Assembly: GCA_951406725.2 (NCBI GenBank)
Contig: OX597822.1
Span: 85,994,001-86,058,000 of the forward strand
Length of the DNA: 64,000 nt
Reading direction: 5' to 3'
Source: Octopus vulgaris
Taxonomy: Eukaryota
Below are positions 1-11,609 of the stretch, piece after piece. Below the pieces are notes generated by a model. The model did no database searches, had not been told where the DNA came from, and saw only the letters and a list, made by a program, of their open reading frames with translations. Made by a program: the position numbers and the translations under genes. Position 1 is the stretch's first letter. Each line of letters opens with the position of its first letter.

Positions 1-1750
1 GTAATGTCTATGCTCCATACGAAAATGGGCTGGATGGTTCAACAGGATCAAATATGACAGGATTGCATTGTGCTCCAATGTCTACTTTTAGCATGTTTTT
101 TATAACTGGATGCCCTTCCTAACACCAACCACTTCACAGTGTGGACTGGGTGATTTTTTTCATGCCACCTGCACTATTGAAATTGCGGTACAGCTTACAG
201 AACTACGAGCCCTGGTGGGGTGGGTCAATCAGCTTCATTTTTTATGGACAAGGGATTGAACTAAGAGAAAGGATGCAATGCAGGTTCTTGTAGAAGATCA
301 CTCTTGTAGGGGGAAAGGGAGAGGAGAAAATAAACAGTAGAAGCTGTAAGAGATAGATAATGGTGAGGATATGACTCGGTGGTGCTACAAGGTACAAGGT
401 GAGTTGAAGAATCAGTTTGCAAGGATATATGGGAAGGAGAATGAGGGGACAGTGAGATAGACTGCCCAAAGGGATAAGATCGAAGGATGGATGAACAAAG
501 AGCCATGAGTTGTGGAAGATAGAGGGATGCAGCAGAGAATGAAGAGGGCAAGCAGTATGAGTAGTAAAGATGATACAGTTGTCAGGTTGGTGGTGGTGGG
601 GGGACAAGACAGAGGAATGACATGGTTGGTAGTCTGCAGAAAAGGTAAGAAGAAGAGGCAGGTTTAATGCATGAGAGATGGGGACAAGTCACTGTACTGT
701 AGGTGGAGAGCACAATACAAATCTCTTCCAGAACTCAGTTTCTCTGGTGAAGGTTAATCTTTTCAAGAACCTTATTATCAGAAAGTGGTATTAGGCTCTT
801 GAAGTAAATCAGTAGTTACTCATGGTCCATTACTTCTACTAGCATTAATCAAGTGAACAACCAAGTGAAACTGAAGTTACATGCAAGACAGGAAGGGAAA
901 ACATATTGATACGCAAAGTGCAGCCATACTAAACAGTCTTCATCATGTGACCACCAAGATGTGTCACATGACATTGTCATGCAAAATACATTCAACACTA
1001 CATTGATAAAACAATCACGTTACATCTCTTTTGCTCGCACATTTGCTTAATCTGATCAAAAGCTTTATCATTGGTATCAACAATAGTTTCATTTGGTGAC
1101 AGGATATCATTAGTTATCAACTGTTGCAAGCTAATCTTTAAATCACCTGGACTTGGTTTGGCTTCCACCTCCACTTTAGAATCTTGCTATTTATTTTTCT
1201 CATCACTCTCAGAACATTTTCTTATTTGAACATTGTGCACTAGAACTGCTCTGTCATATTTTATCATCAATGATATAGTTGTGCTTCTCTGTATTAGATA
1301 TTGAGCTCTCACGGCTAATGTACAGGGTTTAAGAACAAACCACAGAGGAGCATCAGTGCCAAAAATCATTATTAAAGTTACTTTTATCTGATGTCCCAAA
1401 TAATGCCCCAAAAGCTTTAACTCCCATTTTCACAGATTGTACCATCCTTTCAAATTGACCATTGGATGCTGAATGGTATGGTAGTGTCTTAAAATATTTG
1501 CATCTTATCTAATGTCACTTTCACATTGTCTCATGTCAGGGAACTAATGTATGTAGAACCCTAAAAAATAATTCTCAAAACACTGATCTTTGTTTTAGCA
1601 TTAAATCTGATGAGTTCTGGTCAATCATCAGGAAAATAACCATGTTCTCTATGTACACAGGATCATAACTGATTTTTGGTATGGGTTTAAACAGTCAGCA
1701 TTTAAGGCTACTCAAACATAAATTTCGGCATTGTCTCAAAATCCAGGTCA

Positions 1751-1993
1751 CATTCCAGAAAAGATATCAATACATCCCAGAAAAGATATCAACACATTCC
1801 AGAAAGATATCAACACATTCCAGAAAAGATATCAACACATTGCAGAAAAGATATCAACACATTCCAGAAAAGATATCAACACATTGCAGAAAAGATATCA
1901 ACACATTTCAGAAAAGATATCAATACATTCCAGAAAAGATATCGACACATTCCAGAAATGATATCAATATATTTCAGAAAAGATATTAGCACA
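1751..1993. repeat. 22-bp minisatellite (CATTCCAGAAAAGATATCAACA), about 11 copies
   Basis: Tandem units read directly; explains the repetitive ORFs 1681-1989 and 1731-1961. Confidence 0.95.
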
Positions 1994-3684
1994 TACCTTC
2001 TTTTGTCCACATCTATAGAAAGTATCAAAATTAAGTTCAATCTCCTCAAAATGATGTTTTGTGATTCTTCTTTTGGTATTTATGAGATTTATGTTGATCT
2101 TTTATGAGAATAAATTGTCTCCTTAAAAGCTTCTTTCTTCAGAGAAAGGTAAAACAATTTACTTTTGGAAAGCAAAATTTCACAGCACTATTGGAACTTC
2201 AGGACCATTTAACAGAAATGCCACTGAAGGATGCTGAGATTTGAAATTATGACATTGTATCATAATCCTTTTGGCTATAGGCACAAGGCCTAAAATTTTG
2301 TGGAAAAGGTGAAGTAGTCAATTACATCAACCCCAGTGCATGACTGGTACATATTTTATCAACTCCGAAAGGATGAAAGGCAGAATTTGGAATTGAGAAC
2401 ACAAAGCCAGAAGGAATGCTGCGAAGCATTTTTTAAAGTCCAGTATGCAAAGATTCTGCCAGCTTTCTGCCTTAAAGAGACATTATATCATAAAATAAAT
2501 GGCTGGTGTTTGTACAACTGTACATATCAAATGTCAACATATTCTCATCATTTGGAAAGTGTGCTGACATCATCACATCATTGCTTCTGAATGGTTTAAC
2601 GGTTTAACCATTTCATTTAATAATATGAGTTCTAATAAAGCCATTTGTGCTTCCACTATAAAGTTTGTATTGGTTGAATGTTTATTGCAATATTAATGAA
2701 TGCATGAGACAAAAACCTTTTGAAAAGAAGGTTGAAAAACCTAACAAAGTTGAAGAATTTATGGAATCTCTTGCTGAACCTTTTTTTTTTTTTTTTTTTT
2801 GGTGATTATGTCTGTTCTCTTGAGAAAACTCTTCTATGAAGCAGTTGCTGATGTAGCTTCCTGTTTGGTGTTCTTTTTTAGAATGGCAGGTATTTATAGG
2901 AATAACCTGATTTACAAAAACTAACCATCTTTAGAGCTAAGACCAATGCTCTGATTTGTGACAAACTAGTTTCCAAATCATGTATTTTGTTGTTTTGACA
3001 TTGGAGTGTATTCTACTCCCTTTCTCCTTCCATACTTTCTTATTCTTTTCTAATTTTGCACCCAGAAACATCTTAGATACAATCATTATGTCAATTGTAT
3101 TTTATACAATTGGCTCAGATAATTATGTCATTATTGCAGGTCACATGACATGTTTTTACAATATATTTTTATCTCTTGGGCTAAAAGAGAATACAACATT
3201 TCAACTTACTGGACTGTTTAATTGTTTTTCAACCAATCAAAATTCTTTTTTGTTGGCACGACTGACAATTTCTTAGAGTGACTGAACTGTTTTTGTAATA
3301 TAAATTTCTCTTAGAGACCATTCAACTGCCAGCCTCTGTGCTGTGTAGGCAGACAACACAGACAGTTCCTCAATTTTTGCTTTCAATTCACAAGGACAGC
3401 AACATATACATTCATATCTTTAAGTCACCCACAAACAGACACAAGAATTTGTTTTCTGGATGTTATATTTGAAGAGTAACCATTCCTTACTGTTATATTT
3501 TTCTCTTATATCTGTTATGATCATGCTATTACTATTTAGCAGTGTTTTTATCAAAGAAGAGACTGTTTACCATTTATTAATCATTCAGTCCAATACCATT
3601 TATCTCTCACATTAATTATACAAATTAATTCTAAATCATTATTCCAAAACTAAAAGTATCCATTATTGAAATTTTCATCCACAG

Positions 3685-3737
3685 GTTCGATGATACCACC
3701 TTCAACTCATTGGTGGTTGCTGACCTCTTTGGTCCCT
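3685..3737 (+). CDS. Probable internal exon of an unidentified upstream gene ((G)SMIPPSTHWWLLTSLVP)
   Basis: Acceptor ttttcatccacag, donor gtaagt, unique sequence, open frame ending in phase 0 that joins the 6096 exon in frame. No homologue recognised. Confidence 0.55.
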
Positions 3738-6095
3738 GTAAGTACCCCAGATAGAAATCAATCTAACCTTAAAACTATTTATTTTAATGAGAAATTACAC
3801 CAATGTTTTATGCATGTACTGTAACAGATTGAGTTGACCTAAAGAATCTACAGGGTTTTATTTTTATAAACCCTGGAAAGAGCAAAAATAAAGTCTCTCC
3901 TGCTAAATTGGAATTAAAATCTGGGAAGAAATCTAAACCTTTGTGAAGTAAATTAATGAAGGAAACTCTATCAGAATGGGGTGAATGGGTGGGGTGTTTG
4001 AATGCTGACAAATTGGTGCAGCTGACTGGACATGGAATCAGTTTTGGTGAGAGGGTTTAGGCACTGGAGGTGCAAACACATACACGTGCACATGCACACA
4101 AATAGGAAGAGAGAAAGGGAGATACATTACAATTTATTAATTGAACCCATTTGACAAAGACACTTCCCTTCTCCTCAGACACATAAAGAGAAATATACTA
4201 ACATACACAAATAGAGGGTAACAGAGAGAGAGATTAAAATGTATTAAATGACCTGGATTGCTACAAGCATGTCTTCTCTTCACATATGCATAAAGAAAAA
4301 AAAACACAATAAACAGAGAGAGAGAGAGGCGGGTGTTTGTAGCAACTGGCATCATTTAATATATCTTAATGTTTCTCAGATTTATTTGATCACAGAACCA
4401 AAATTTAAATTCTCTTTAAGTTCTACTTTGTCAAAAATCCATTGTAAGAAGGTGTTTCTTTTCCATATTTCATCAATATTTCGCCATCTTCATCAACAGA
4501 AAATGAAGCAAAAACTTAAACAAAGTTTAGTAGTTGAGTAGCTGGGTTGTTGTCAATTAGAATATAAACAAAATTTTGAAGGAACCAGAAGGTCCCAGAG
4601 GCAAAATGTCTGCTGCCAAAGAAGTCAACATCAAATCAGTGACTCCAAATAGACAGTGCTACAACAGCTATGCCAAACCGTTGCACACCCTGCATGATTT
4701 GCTATAAATAGCAGAGATTAGTCTCCCTCAAACCCTACTTTACCATCTTGAATAAAGAAGGATAGATTGGGCAATGTAGTCTCTGGAATTATAAATACCA
4801 AGATGGATGTGATTGGAATACTTTAGTCATAAGGCTGTTCAATCAGAAGCTGGCATCAAGGCAAAGAACAACAAAAGTATTCGTTCTGTTTTTGTTTTTT
4901 TTATCCTGTAGGGGAACAAATTTGTCTTGTGTTGTGCTAAACTACTCTGTGAAACTGATGCAAACAATTAAATTACAAAAGCAGTGAACAGTTAATTTTG
5001 GTCTCTGAAATTACAAAACAACATTGGTCTTTGTGTGACTCAACCCTTCATGTATTGTTGGTCTTGAAAAACTTTTTGGTGTCAAGTCAATATTGAAAGC
5101 CATGTAGTAACCATTAGTTGAAGGTTGTACTTAATACTAAATACCTGATAGTTGTAATTTATACTGGCATTTGTCAAATGTTTTATTTCTATGTTTATGT
5201 TGTAGGTTATTTAAATAGAAATGTTGGTTTATTTTACCTCTTTGATCAGTTATAATGCTTAATGAAATAAAAAATCAACCCTTGTATATTGCTGGTACTT
5301 GTTTTTTTTACTCTAATCACGGGTCTTCTCAAGCTGTGCTGTACTTGAGAAGACCCATCAAGCCAACTGAAATCGGAGTCGTGGCTGATGCTAGTGTCAT
5401 GTAACTGGCACCTGTACAGGTGGCACATAAAAAGCACCTTTCAAGCATTGGGCCTCATGGAGGCAAAATGGCCAGTGCTGGTGGCATGTGAAAAACTCCT
5501 TTTGAGTGTTGGGCCTCACAGAGGCATTGACTAAGATCTTTGGCATTATGTCATGCTTCAGAAGAAGACCCATCAAGTCAAGTAAAATCAGTTGTGGTGG
5601 ATACCGGTTTCACACAAATGGCACCTGTGCTGGTGGCACATAATAGCACCCATTACACTCTCGGAGTGGTTTGTACATCCAGATGTACAAACCATGTCAA
5701 ATCAGACTGGGGTCTGGTGTGGCCTTCCAGCTGGCCAACCCTGGTCAAACCATCCAACCCATGCTAGCATGGACAATGGATGCTAAATGATGATGATGAT
5801 GATGATGAGTGGCATTAAAAAACTCAACCCAAGTGTAATCTGATTCTGGAATAATAACCTATCAAGCTACAAATACTAGAAACATCTAGTCTGAAATTTT
5901 ACTGATTCAACTCACTCCACCAAAGAACTATTTCTACAAATCATTATGGTTAACAGGAATAAATCATTTTCAACATTCGTGGAATTTTTCTTAATGCTTC
6001 CAGATTTTTATCATTTAAAAATAAGTTTCTGTTCTGAGCCCAACAAACATCAGCTCCTTCTTTCTTTATCATGATGGTCATATTTATTTATGTAG

Positions 6096-6221
6096 GAACC
6101 ATGGTTTTATCATTATCTCCCAATATCATATGGAGAAACAAGTTACCTGATTCATTTCTTCACAAGTGTTACTACAGTCCTAGTGGAACTAGTGCCATGG
6201 TTGAATTTCACTAATCTCTAA
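6096..6221 (+). CDS. Probable last coding exon of the same upstream gene (EPWFYHYLPISYGETSYLIHFFTSVTTVLVELVPWLNFTNL*)
   Basis: Acceptor tatttatttatgtag, 41 open codons to TAA, AATAAA at 6331-6336. A second frame is also open, so the frame is inferred from the upstream exon. Confidence 0.55.
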   Translation, partial: EPWFYHYLPISYGETSYLIHFFTSVTTVLVELVPWLNFTNL

Positions 6222-8493
6222 CTTGGATGTCAGGTATTGTCTGTTGTTATATATGGTGTAAGAAGATCTGAATTAAAATTAATATCATACAGCAAAATAT
6301 ATATATTCAAAATGCATATATAACAATGGAAATAAATATTCTTAAACTAATACATTATAGTAATTACTAAGGTTAGAAAATGTAGTTTACATAAAGTTAA
6401 ATTCCTATCAACATACCACAGCATCAGAGTTTGCATTTTTAGTTTGACATAACATTTGTGCTTCATTAAATTATAATTGTTTGTTTGCTAAATTAAGTGC
6501 CTTTATAAGAAGCATTTTTCAGAAAATGTTTACAAAGCAATATCTGATATTAGTCTCAGAGCATTTATTTTCCTCTGGTCTGTATATTATTAGACTAATT
6601 GACCATTCTTTGCAACTTCAACTGTAAAATCAAAACAGCCAAAGTAGATAAGGTTATTGAACTTTCAAGTCTGAGATGAAGCCCACTTCAACCGTTTCCA
6701 AACTGAACAATTTCTCTCTACTTCTTCAGTTGTCCAACTGTTGGAATTAGATGCTGCAGAAATATGACACATAATAGACTGGTTGTTGCACAGAGCTAAA
6801 AGTAGGAAATTATTTGTTGCTCCATTCCATGAGACCACACCTGAGCAGCTATTTTCAAAGAGACTCAAGTAAAACAACTTTGATATTTGTATATATTTAA
6901 TGCTTTATATGTTCCTTGTGATATAAGAAGCAATTTGTAGATCATCTGGTTTCATGATTTAGAATTTATGATCTACATTCTGATGAAAACAGTAGCTTGA
7001 CCTACTCAAATAAAGAAGAGAGATGTCAAGTATTTTGTGCTATGGTCACCATAATTTAGTATCAAGTCCAGTAGTATCTTGAAAGTATGCAGCAGCAACA
7101 AAATACTATGAAAGATTAGCCAGTAAGATGTTTCTTGGGTGGTTGCTTGAATTGCTGGAAACAGCTGACAAATTTCCTCAAATCCTTACTGTCTTAAAAA
7201 AAGAACATATCAGATAATAAGTCTCAGTTACCCTAAAAAGACAGGATGATTGAGGCTAGAACACCTTTGATCATTGGTCTGCTTAATGGAAGCTGATTCA
7301 GGCCTAAATGACATCAACTCTGGAAGAAACATTCAACATTATATAGTTGTTGTTACTCGTAAATATTTCACAAATATTTTTAATAATTTATGATGGCAAA
7401 ATTATTCAGTCTTACATAAACTACAAAGTTTTATGTGTCTTAAAAGTCTTTACTGATTTTCAGGTGTAATACCAACAGTTATTAGATAGAACGAAACAGT
7501 TAGATGATGAGTAAGAAGTCTGACATAGTGAGAAGATAGCAACAGGGGGCAATGGTTCCATGAATTCCACGTTTAGCAAGAAAGACAGCAGCAACACCCA
7601 GCACAAATGTTGCTTTTAGTAGAGATTTTAAAAAAATTCATTCTTAAGCTTACCAATATCTAACCATAATGGATTTTCTTTCCTAATCATTTGCTATGAA
7701 CAGTTATAATTACAGAGGTTGTTTAACCTCGAGTCATCTCTAAGCGAGTAGACATATGATCAAAACTATTCAAACCATGAACATTAGCTGATTCATTCAT
7801 CCGGGACTACATTACCCAATGTGTCTTTTCTTTTTTGAAGATGATAGGATGTGATTTGAAGTAATTTTACTGCAATTTCTAGCAGATCTAACAATAACGA
7901 AGATAATAACTTTGTCTTTTATTTTCTATTCAACTGACTCAATAAACTCCAAGATTCGCAGAAAATGGGAACCACATGCTCCAAGTCCTAAATCCAAGGA
8001 CAGCATAAAGATGGAGCTCCAATAACCATGATTTTTTTGTAATGTCATTTGAATGCTTCACTGAATTCATTACCTCCGTCCCCTACAAAAAAAAATCTGT
8101 AAGATTTTCGAACAAAAAATGAATACAAATCGAGCACTCAAAGAAGCGATCGTTCAACTTGTTAGAAATAGCAACCAAATCTCCCCCAGACCACGCTCTA
8201 CAGTCTTAAAAAAGAAAGACACAAAGGATAATACAATCCTGGATACATTATTCCTGAAAATACGATGGGGTAGCTATGTCCGGAATACATTTGATCACAG
8301 GTCTGATCGAGCAGATTAAATTCACTCCTGCTATTGTTGTTTAGTCCAAAGTCGGGGACCAAACAACAACTATATACAAATCTTTATTTTGCATTTATCT
8401 ATAAGAGAAGCAATTTATAAACCCTTCGATGGGTATTTAATACTGTAACGAGTGACTAAAATCCACATCAGACAGTTATAATCTGGATGCTAA

Positions 8494-8508
8494 GTAACCA
8501 AGGATAAC
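8494..8508. promoter_or_regulatory. X-box-like RFX site GTAACC-AAG-GATAAC
   Basis: Two X-box half-sites with a 3-nt spacer, about 170 nt upstream of the BBS5 ATG. Confidence 0.5.
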
Positions 8509-8546
8509 ACTGGAAGGGATACAGGGAGAGGCTGCATTTAAGGGAG

Positions 8547-8561
8547 GTTACTCTCAGTAAC
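8547..8561. promoter_or_regulatory. Palindromic X-box-like site GTTACT-CTC-AGTAAC
   Basis: Perfect 6-bp inverted half-sites with a 3-nt spacer, resembling the RFX consensus GTNRCC-N0-3-RGYAAC. Confidence 0.5.
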
Positions 8562-8649
8562 TCTGATATTCATTTCAATACGGTCTCAGTTTGACAAATA
8601 TTGATTTATTAGACTCGACGGAGCCTGAGCAGGCGGAATTGTATGAGAA

Positions 8650-8663
8650 ATTGTCATAGCAAC
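8650..8663. promoter_or_regulatory. X-box (RFX binding site) ATTGTC-AT-AGCAAC
   Basis: Fits the 14-bp ciliary X-box consensus RTHNYY-WT-RRNRAC at every position and ends 15 nt before the ATG; BBS genes are established RFX/DAF-19 targets. Confidence 0.8.
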
Positions 8664-8678
8664 GCTGATTGTTATAAG

Positions 8679-8734
8679 ATGGCCGCTGATAACGTTTGGG
8701 AGGATGTTGATATTAAATTTGATATTTCATCAGC
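8679..8734 (+). CDS. BBS5: BBS5 coding exon 1 (MAADNVWEDVDIKFDISSA)
   Basis: Matches the BBS5 N-terminal WEDxDxxFD motif; ATG in aagATGG context; donor gtatgt; phase 2. Confidence 0.93.
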
Positions 8735-9042
8735 GTATGTATACCTTTCTTATGTAATATAATATAATATTTATACACACTAGCGCACATCAACCAGCAC
8801 ATCGCTATGCGCACGCTACAAGCAATACGTACATACATATACAGACACATGCATACAAAGAGAGAGAGAGGGGGGGAATGAGTATGTGTGAATGGATGTA
8901 AATAAAAAAAAACTCCAGACAACTGGTGGGTGTCTGCATCAGCATGAAGCTTTTCTTTCCTCGCAGACAAAGGCTCAATCCCAAAAACATCAGGTTTAGC
9001 GTTCTTTCACGACATACGAACTTATTTAAACTCATGAATGAC

Positions 9043-9045
<3 letters not shown>

Positions 9046-9092
<47 letters not shown>
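9046..9092. repeat. (TA)n microsatellite (one of many TA, CA, CT, CAT and TAA tracts)
   Basis: Direct reading. Confidence 0.95.
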
Positions 9093-9093
<1 letters not shown>

Positions 9094-9963
9094 GCACACA
9101 CTTTATGTGTCTACGTGCGTAGCTGATACATGGGCTTCAGTTAAATTTCTGCTGGTATTACAGATACAGCAGACGTTTCACTTGTACGGTGTTTATTTTC
9201 AATAAACTCTTGACACTGCATAGCACCACCATTTTGGTAACGGGCGTCTCTCCTTGTACACACACACACACACAGAGTTTGTTTTTAAGTAAAGTTGTAC
9301 AGGCAAACATTAAATTAATGGTCCAGTCAATACTTTTAAGGAGAGGGCTATATTTTTTACAAGGAAATGGTTGAAATAACTTCGAATTTGCTGCTTGCTT
9401 ACCATCATCAGGCAGTAACTTAGTTTAGTTTTTCAAGCCTTATATATTGGCTTTTGGCGGGAAAGGGACGGTCGTGAGGTGGGTGGAGCGATATATATGC
9501 AAAGTAGGGGCGATGTAGATGAGTTTGTAGGGACAAATGAGAAGTGGTTGTATAAGGCAGGTGGTGGAGAAAGAGAGAAAGAAAGAATACATTTATGGAG
9601 GGTGGATTTGAAAGGAAGGGATGGTAAAGTCAGTTTTTCTGTGATTTGGCAACAATACCTGTGTTGGTTGTATTTAATGTGAGGGATTGTTGTCTGCTTA
9701 TAAGCTATTGTTTGCCTTCATTCAATCATATATGTAAAAGCAGGAGCTTAAAGTTTGATTTGTCTAGGATTTCAGATGATAGGTTACAGTCAAACCAAAA
9801 TTAGTAGTTTTTGATGGTCTTCTTTGATCTAATAAGAATTTCTTATAGGTTCAGAGAGGTTTGATAAATATGTTGTAGAGAAATTAGGTAGAGGGTAACT
9901 ACAAAAGCTTTGTATATTATAAGCATACACACACACACACGCATAATTTATATATATATATAA

Positions 9964-10272
9964 AAGACTTCTCCATCAGCACAGAGACTTGGGAGACACT
10001 TGCTGCCAACCGCTCATCCTGGCGCAGCGCAATCATCACAGGAGCAAAGACAGCCAAGGAGAGACGGATTCAGTCAGCAGAACAGAAACGCCAGATGCGG
10101 AAAGCCAGAGCCACCTGCACCAATAGCACAGCCCCTACCCACTTCTGCCCCACCTGTGGGAGGGGCTTTCTTGCCCGGATTGGCCTCACCAGCCACCACC
10201 GGTCTCATAGCAGCAATTCCACCAAATGATGTCAATGGTCATCTTCGAACCCGAAGGACGAACATTATTATT
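9964..10272 (+). mobile_element. 3' end of an RTE/BovB-like LINE
   Basis: Encodes RKARATCTNSTAPTHFCPTCGRGFLARIGLTSHHRSH (RTE C-terminal C2H2 motif), then a short 3' UTR and (ATT)n tail; CpGs retained, so relatively young. Confidence 0.8.
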
Positions 10273-10402
10273 ATATATATATATATTGGGTATGGTAGAT
10301 GAGTTCAGCAAAAATTTAGATTTAGATGAATATAGTACTTAGGTTGAAGCACCAGAATTTAGTACGGTATTATCCATGCAATTTGAAAGTAAGGTGATTG
10401 AA

Positions 10403-10805
10403 ATCAAAATAAGCAACAAGGATATCCAGAGGTAATGCAGTACAATCGTTTCATGCAACTCCATTTAATTGAACAATGCAATCATTACATCAATTTAAAA
10501 TAAAAACAAAAAATCAGTGACAGGCAGAGTCTGTAACAATGTATATCTTCTTGGAAAATTCAGTAACTTCTAAACTGGAGTAAGACAGCATGTTCTTTGT
10601 CTATCTCCTTAACTTCTCAGAGATTTTAGGTATAATTATACTAATGTGTCCATCTGTTCTAATTTAATTAAATTCTATGTGTTTGTGCAGCTGAAGATTG
10701 CTCTGCATTTTAAATTGATGTAATGATTGCATTGTTCAATTAAATGGAGTTGCATGAAACGATCATACTGCATTACCTATGGATATCCTTGTTGCTTATT
10801 TTGAT
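10403..10805. repeat. Fold-back element 1: inverted arms 10403-10501 and 10707-10805, probable PLE pLTR remnant
   Basis: 99-nt arms are near-exact reverse complements; bounded by (TA)n; overlaps a hammerhead motif. Confidence 0.9.
10686..10772 (+). ncRNA. Type I hammerhead ribozyme motif with mutated cleavage triplet (AUA instead of GUA)
   Basis: TGCAG (stem I) - CTGAAGA - long imperfect stem II - GAAAC-GATC-ATA - CTGCA (stem I'). The inverted copy near 10436-10452 reads GAAAC-GATT-GTA-CTGCA on the minus strand, giving the consensus GAAACGATCGTA. Confidence 0.75.
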
Positions 10806-10876
10806 ATATATATATTTCGTTTTTGGATTTGGTTTGCAAGATTCTTTATGTGAGTTCATGTGTTAAAGCATATACA

Positions 10877-11116
10877 GTTGTGTCTGGGGAGAGTCATTCT
10901 TTTTTAGTGCCTTATAATTTAACACACTCACCGGTAAAATTTCCACTTATTTCCTTCTTTATTTTTCTAAAATTTTCATTGTGTCTTGCAACTTTTTCAA
11001 TGTTGCAAGATACAACGAAAATTTTAGAAAAATAAAAAAGAAATAAGTAGAAATTTTACCGGTGAGCGTGCTAAATTATAAGGCTCTAAAAGAGAATGAC
11101 TCTCTCCAGACATAAC
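10877..11116. repeat. Fold-back element 2: about 115-bp hairpin with a 9-nt loop (10993-11001)
   Basis: Arms 10877-10992 and 11002-11116 are reverse complements with scattered mismatches; flanked by (TA)n/(TG)n. Confidence 0.92.
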
Positions 11117-11138
11117 AGAATATTATGTGTGTGTGTGT

Positions 11139-11191
<53 letters not shown>

Positions 11192-11195
<4 letters not shown>

Positions 11196-11609
11196 CAAAT
11201 GATTATTACAAGAATTAATTCATTAAACAGAGTTCAATAAATGTTATCAAATAAAATTAAATGGAGTAGATTTTGATGTTAATGATGGATTTTTCATTTA
11301 TTCAATTATCCCAGACAGCTGTTTCTGTCAAAAAGACCATAATATAATCAAAGGAATAATGCATATCATTATCATATAATGTCTTTTGTACTCATCAGTG
11401 GATTATAAGTAAAAAGTAAAAATTAACACAATAAGGCATTTTGAATTTATTACCTTGAGTTTTGTCTTTGTTACCATTATATTAGTTCTTTAAACTCAGA
11501 AAAAGCAAGAACTGATAATATGCATTATTCCTTTGATTATATCATGGTCTTTTTGACAGAAACAGCTGTCTGGGATAATTGAATAATTTTTGTAATGATC
11601 ATTTGCTTA
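11192..11609. repeat. Fold-back element 3: arms about 11299-11374 / 11513-11586 plus outer pair 11192-11211 / 11590-11609
   Basis: Direct reverse-complement matches; starts at a (TA)n tract; contains a hammerhead motif. Confidence 0.88.
11305..11406 (-). ncRNA. Type I hammerhead ribozyme motif with intact core
   Basis: Minus strand: TCCA-CTGATGA-GTACAAAAGAC...GTCTTTTTGAC-A-GAAAC-AGCT-GTC-TGGG; palindromic stem III (ACAGCTGT) as in PLE-associated hammerheads; predicted cut after GUC, between 11314 and 11313. Confidence 0.8.

Noticed and set aside
1681-1993. Regular 22-bp repeats resembling a CRISPR array or repeat protein
   Set aside because: Head-to-tail units with no unique spacers, eukaryotic context, unit length not a multiple of 3; a plain minisatellite.
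2131-2896. Possible micro-exons (cag/AGAAAG/gtaaaa near 2142; tag/AATGGCAG/gtattt near 2882)
   Set aside because: Such short AG...GT matches arise by chance in AT-rich DNA; no independent support.
6665-6877. Minus-strand 70-aa ORF as a divergent gene
   Set aside because: No recognisable homology, no ATG start and no convincing splice chain.
7464-7509. Exon-like segment with good acceptor and donor
   Set aside because: Stops in all three frames; could only be a UTR exon and nothing else supports it.
10000-10302. GC-rich 100-aa ORF as a nested gene
   Set aside because: It is an alternative frame of an RTE LINE 3' end.
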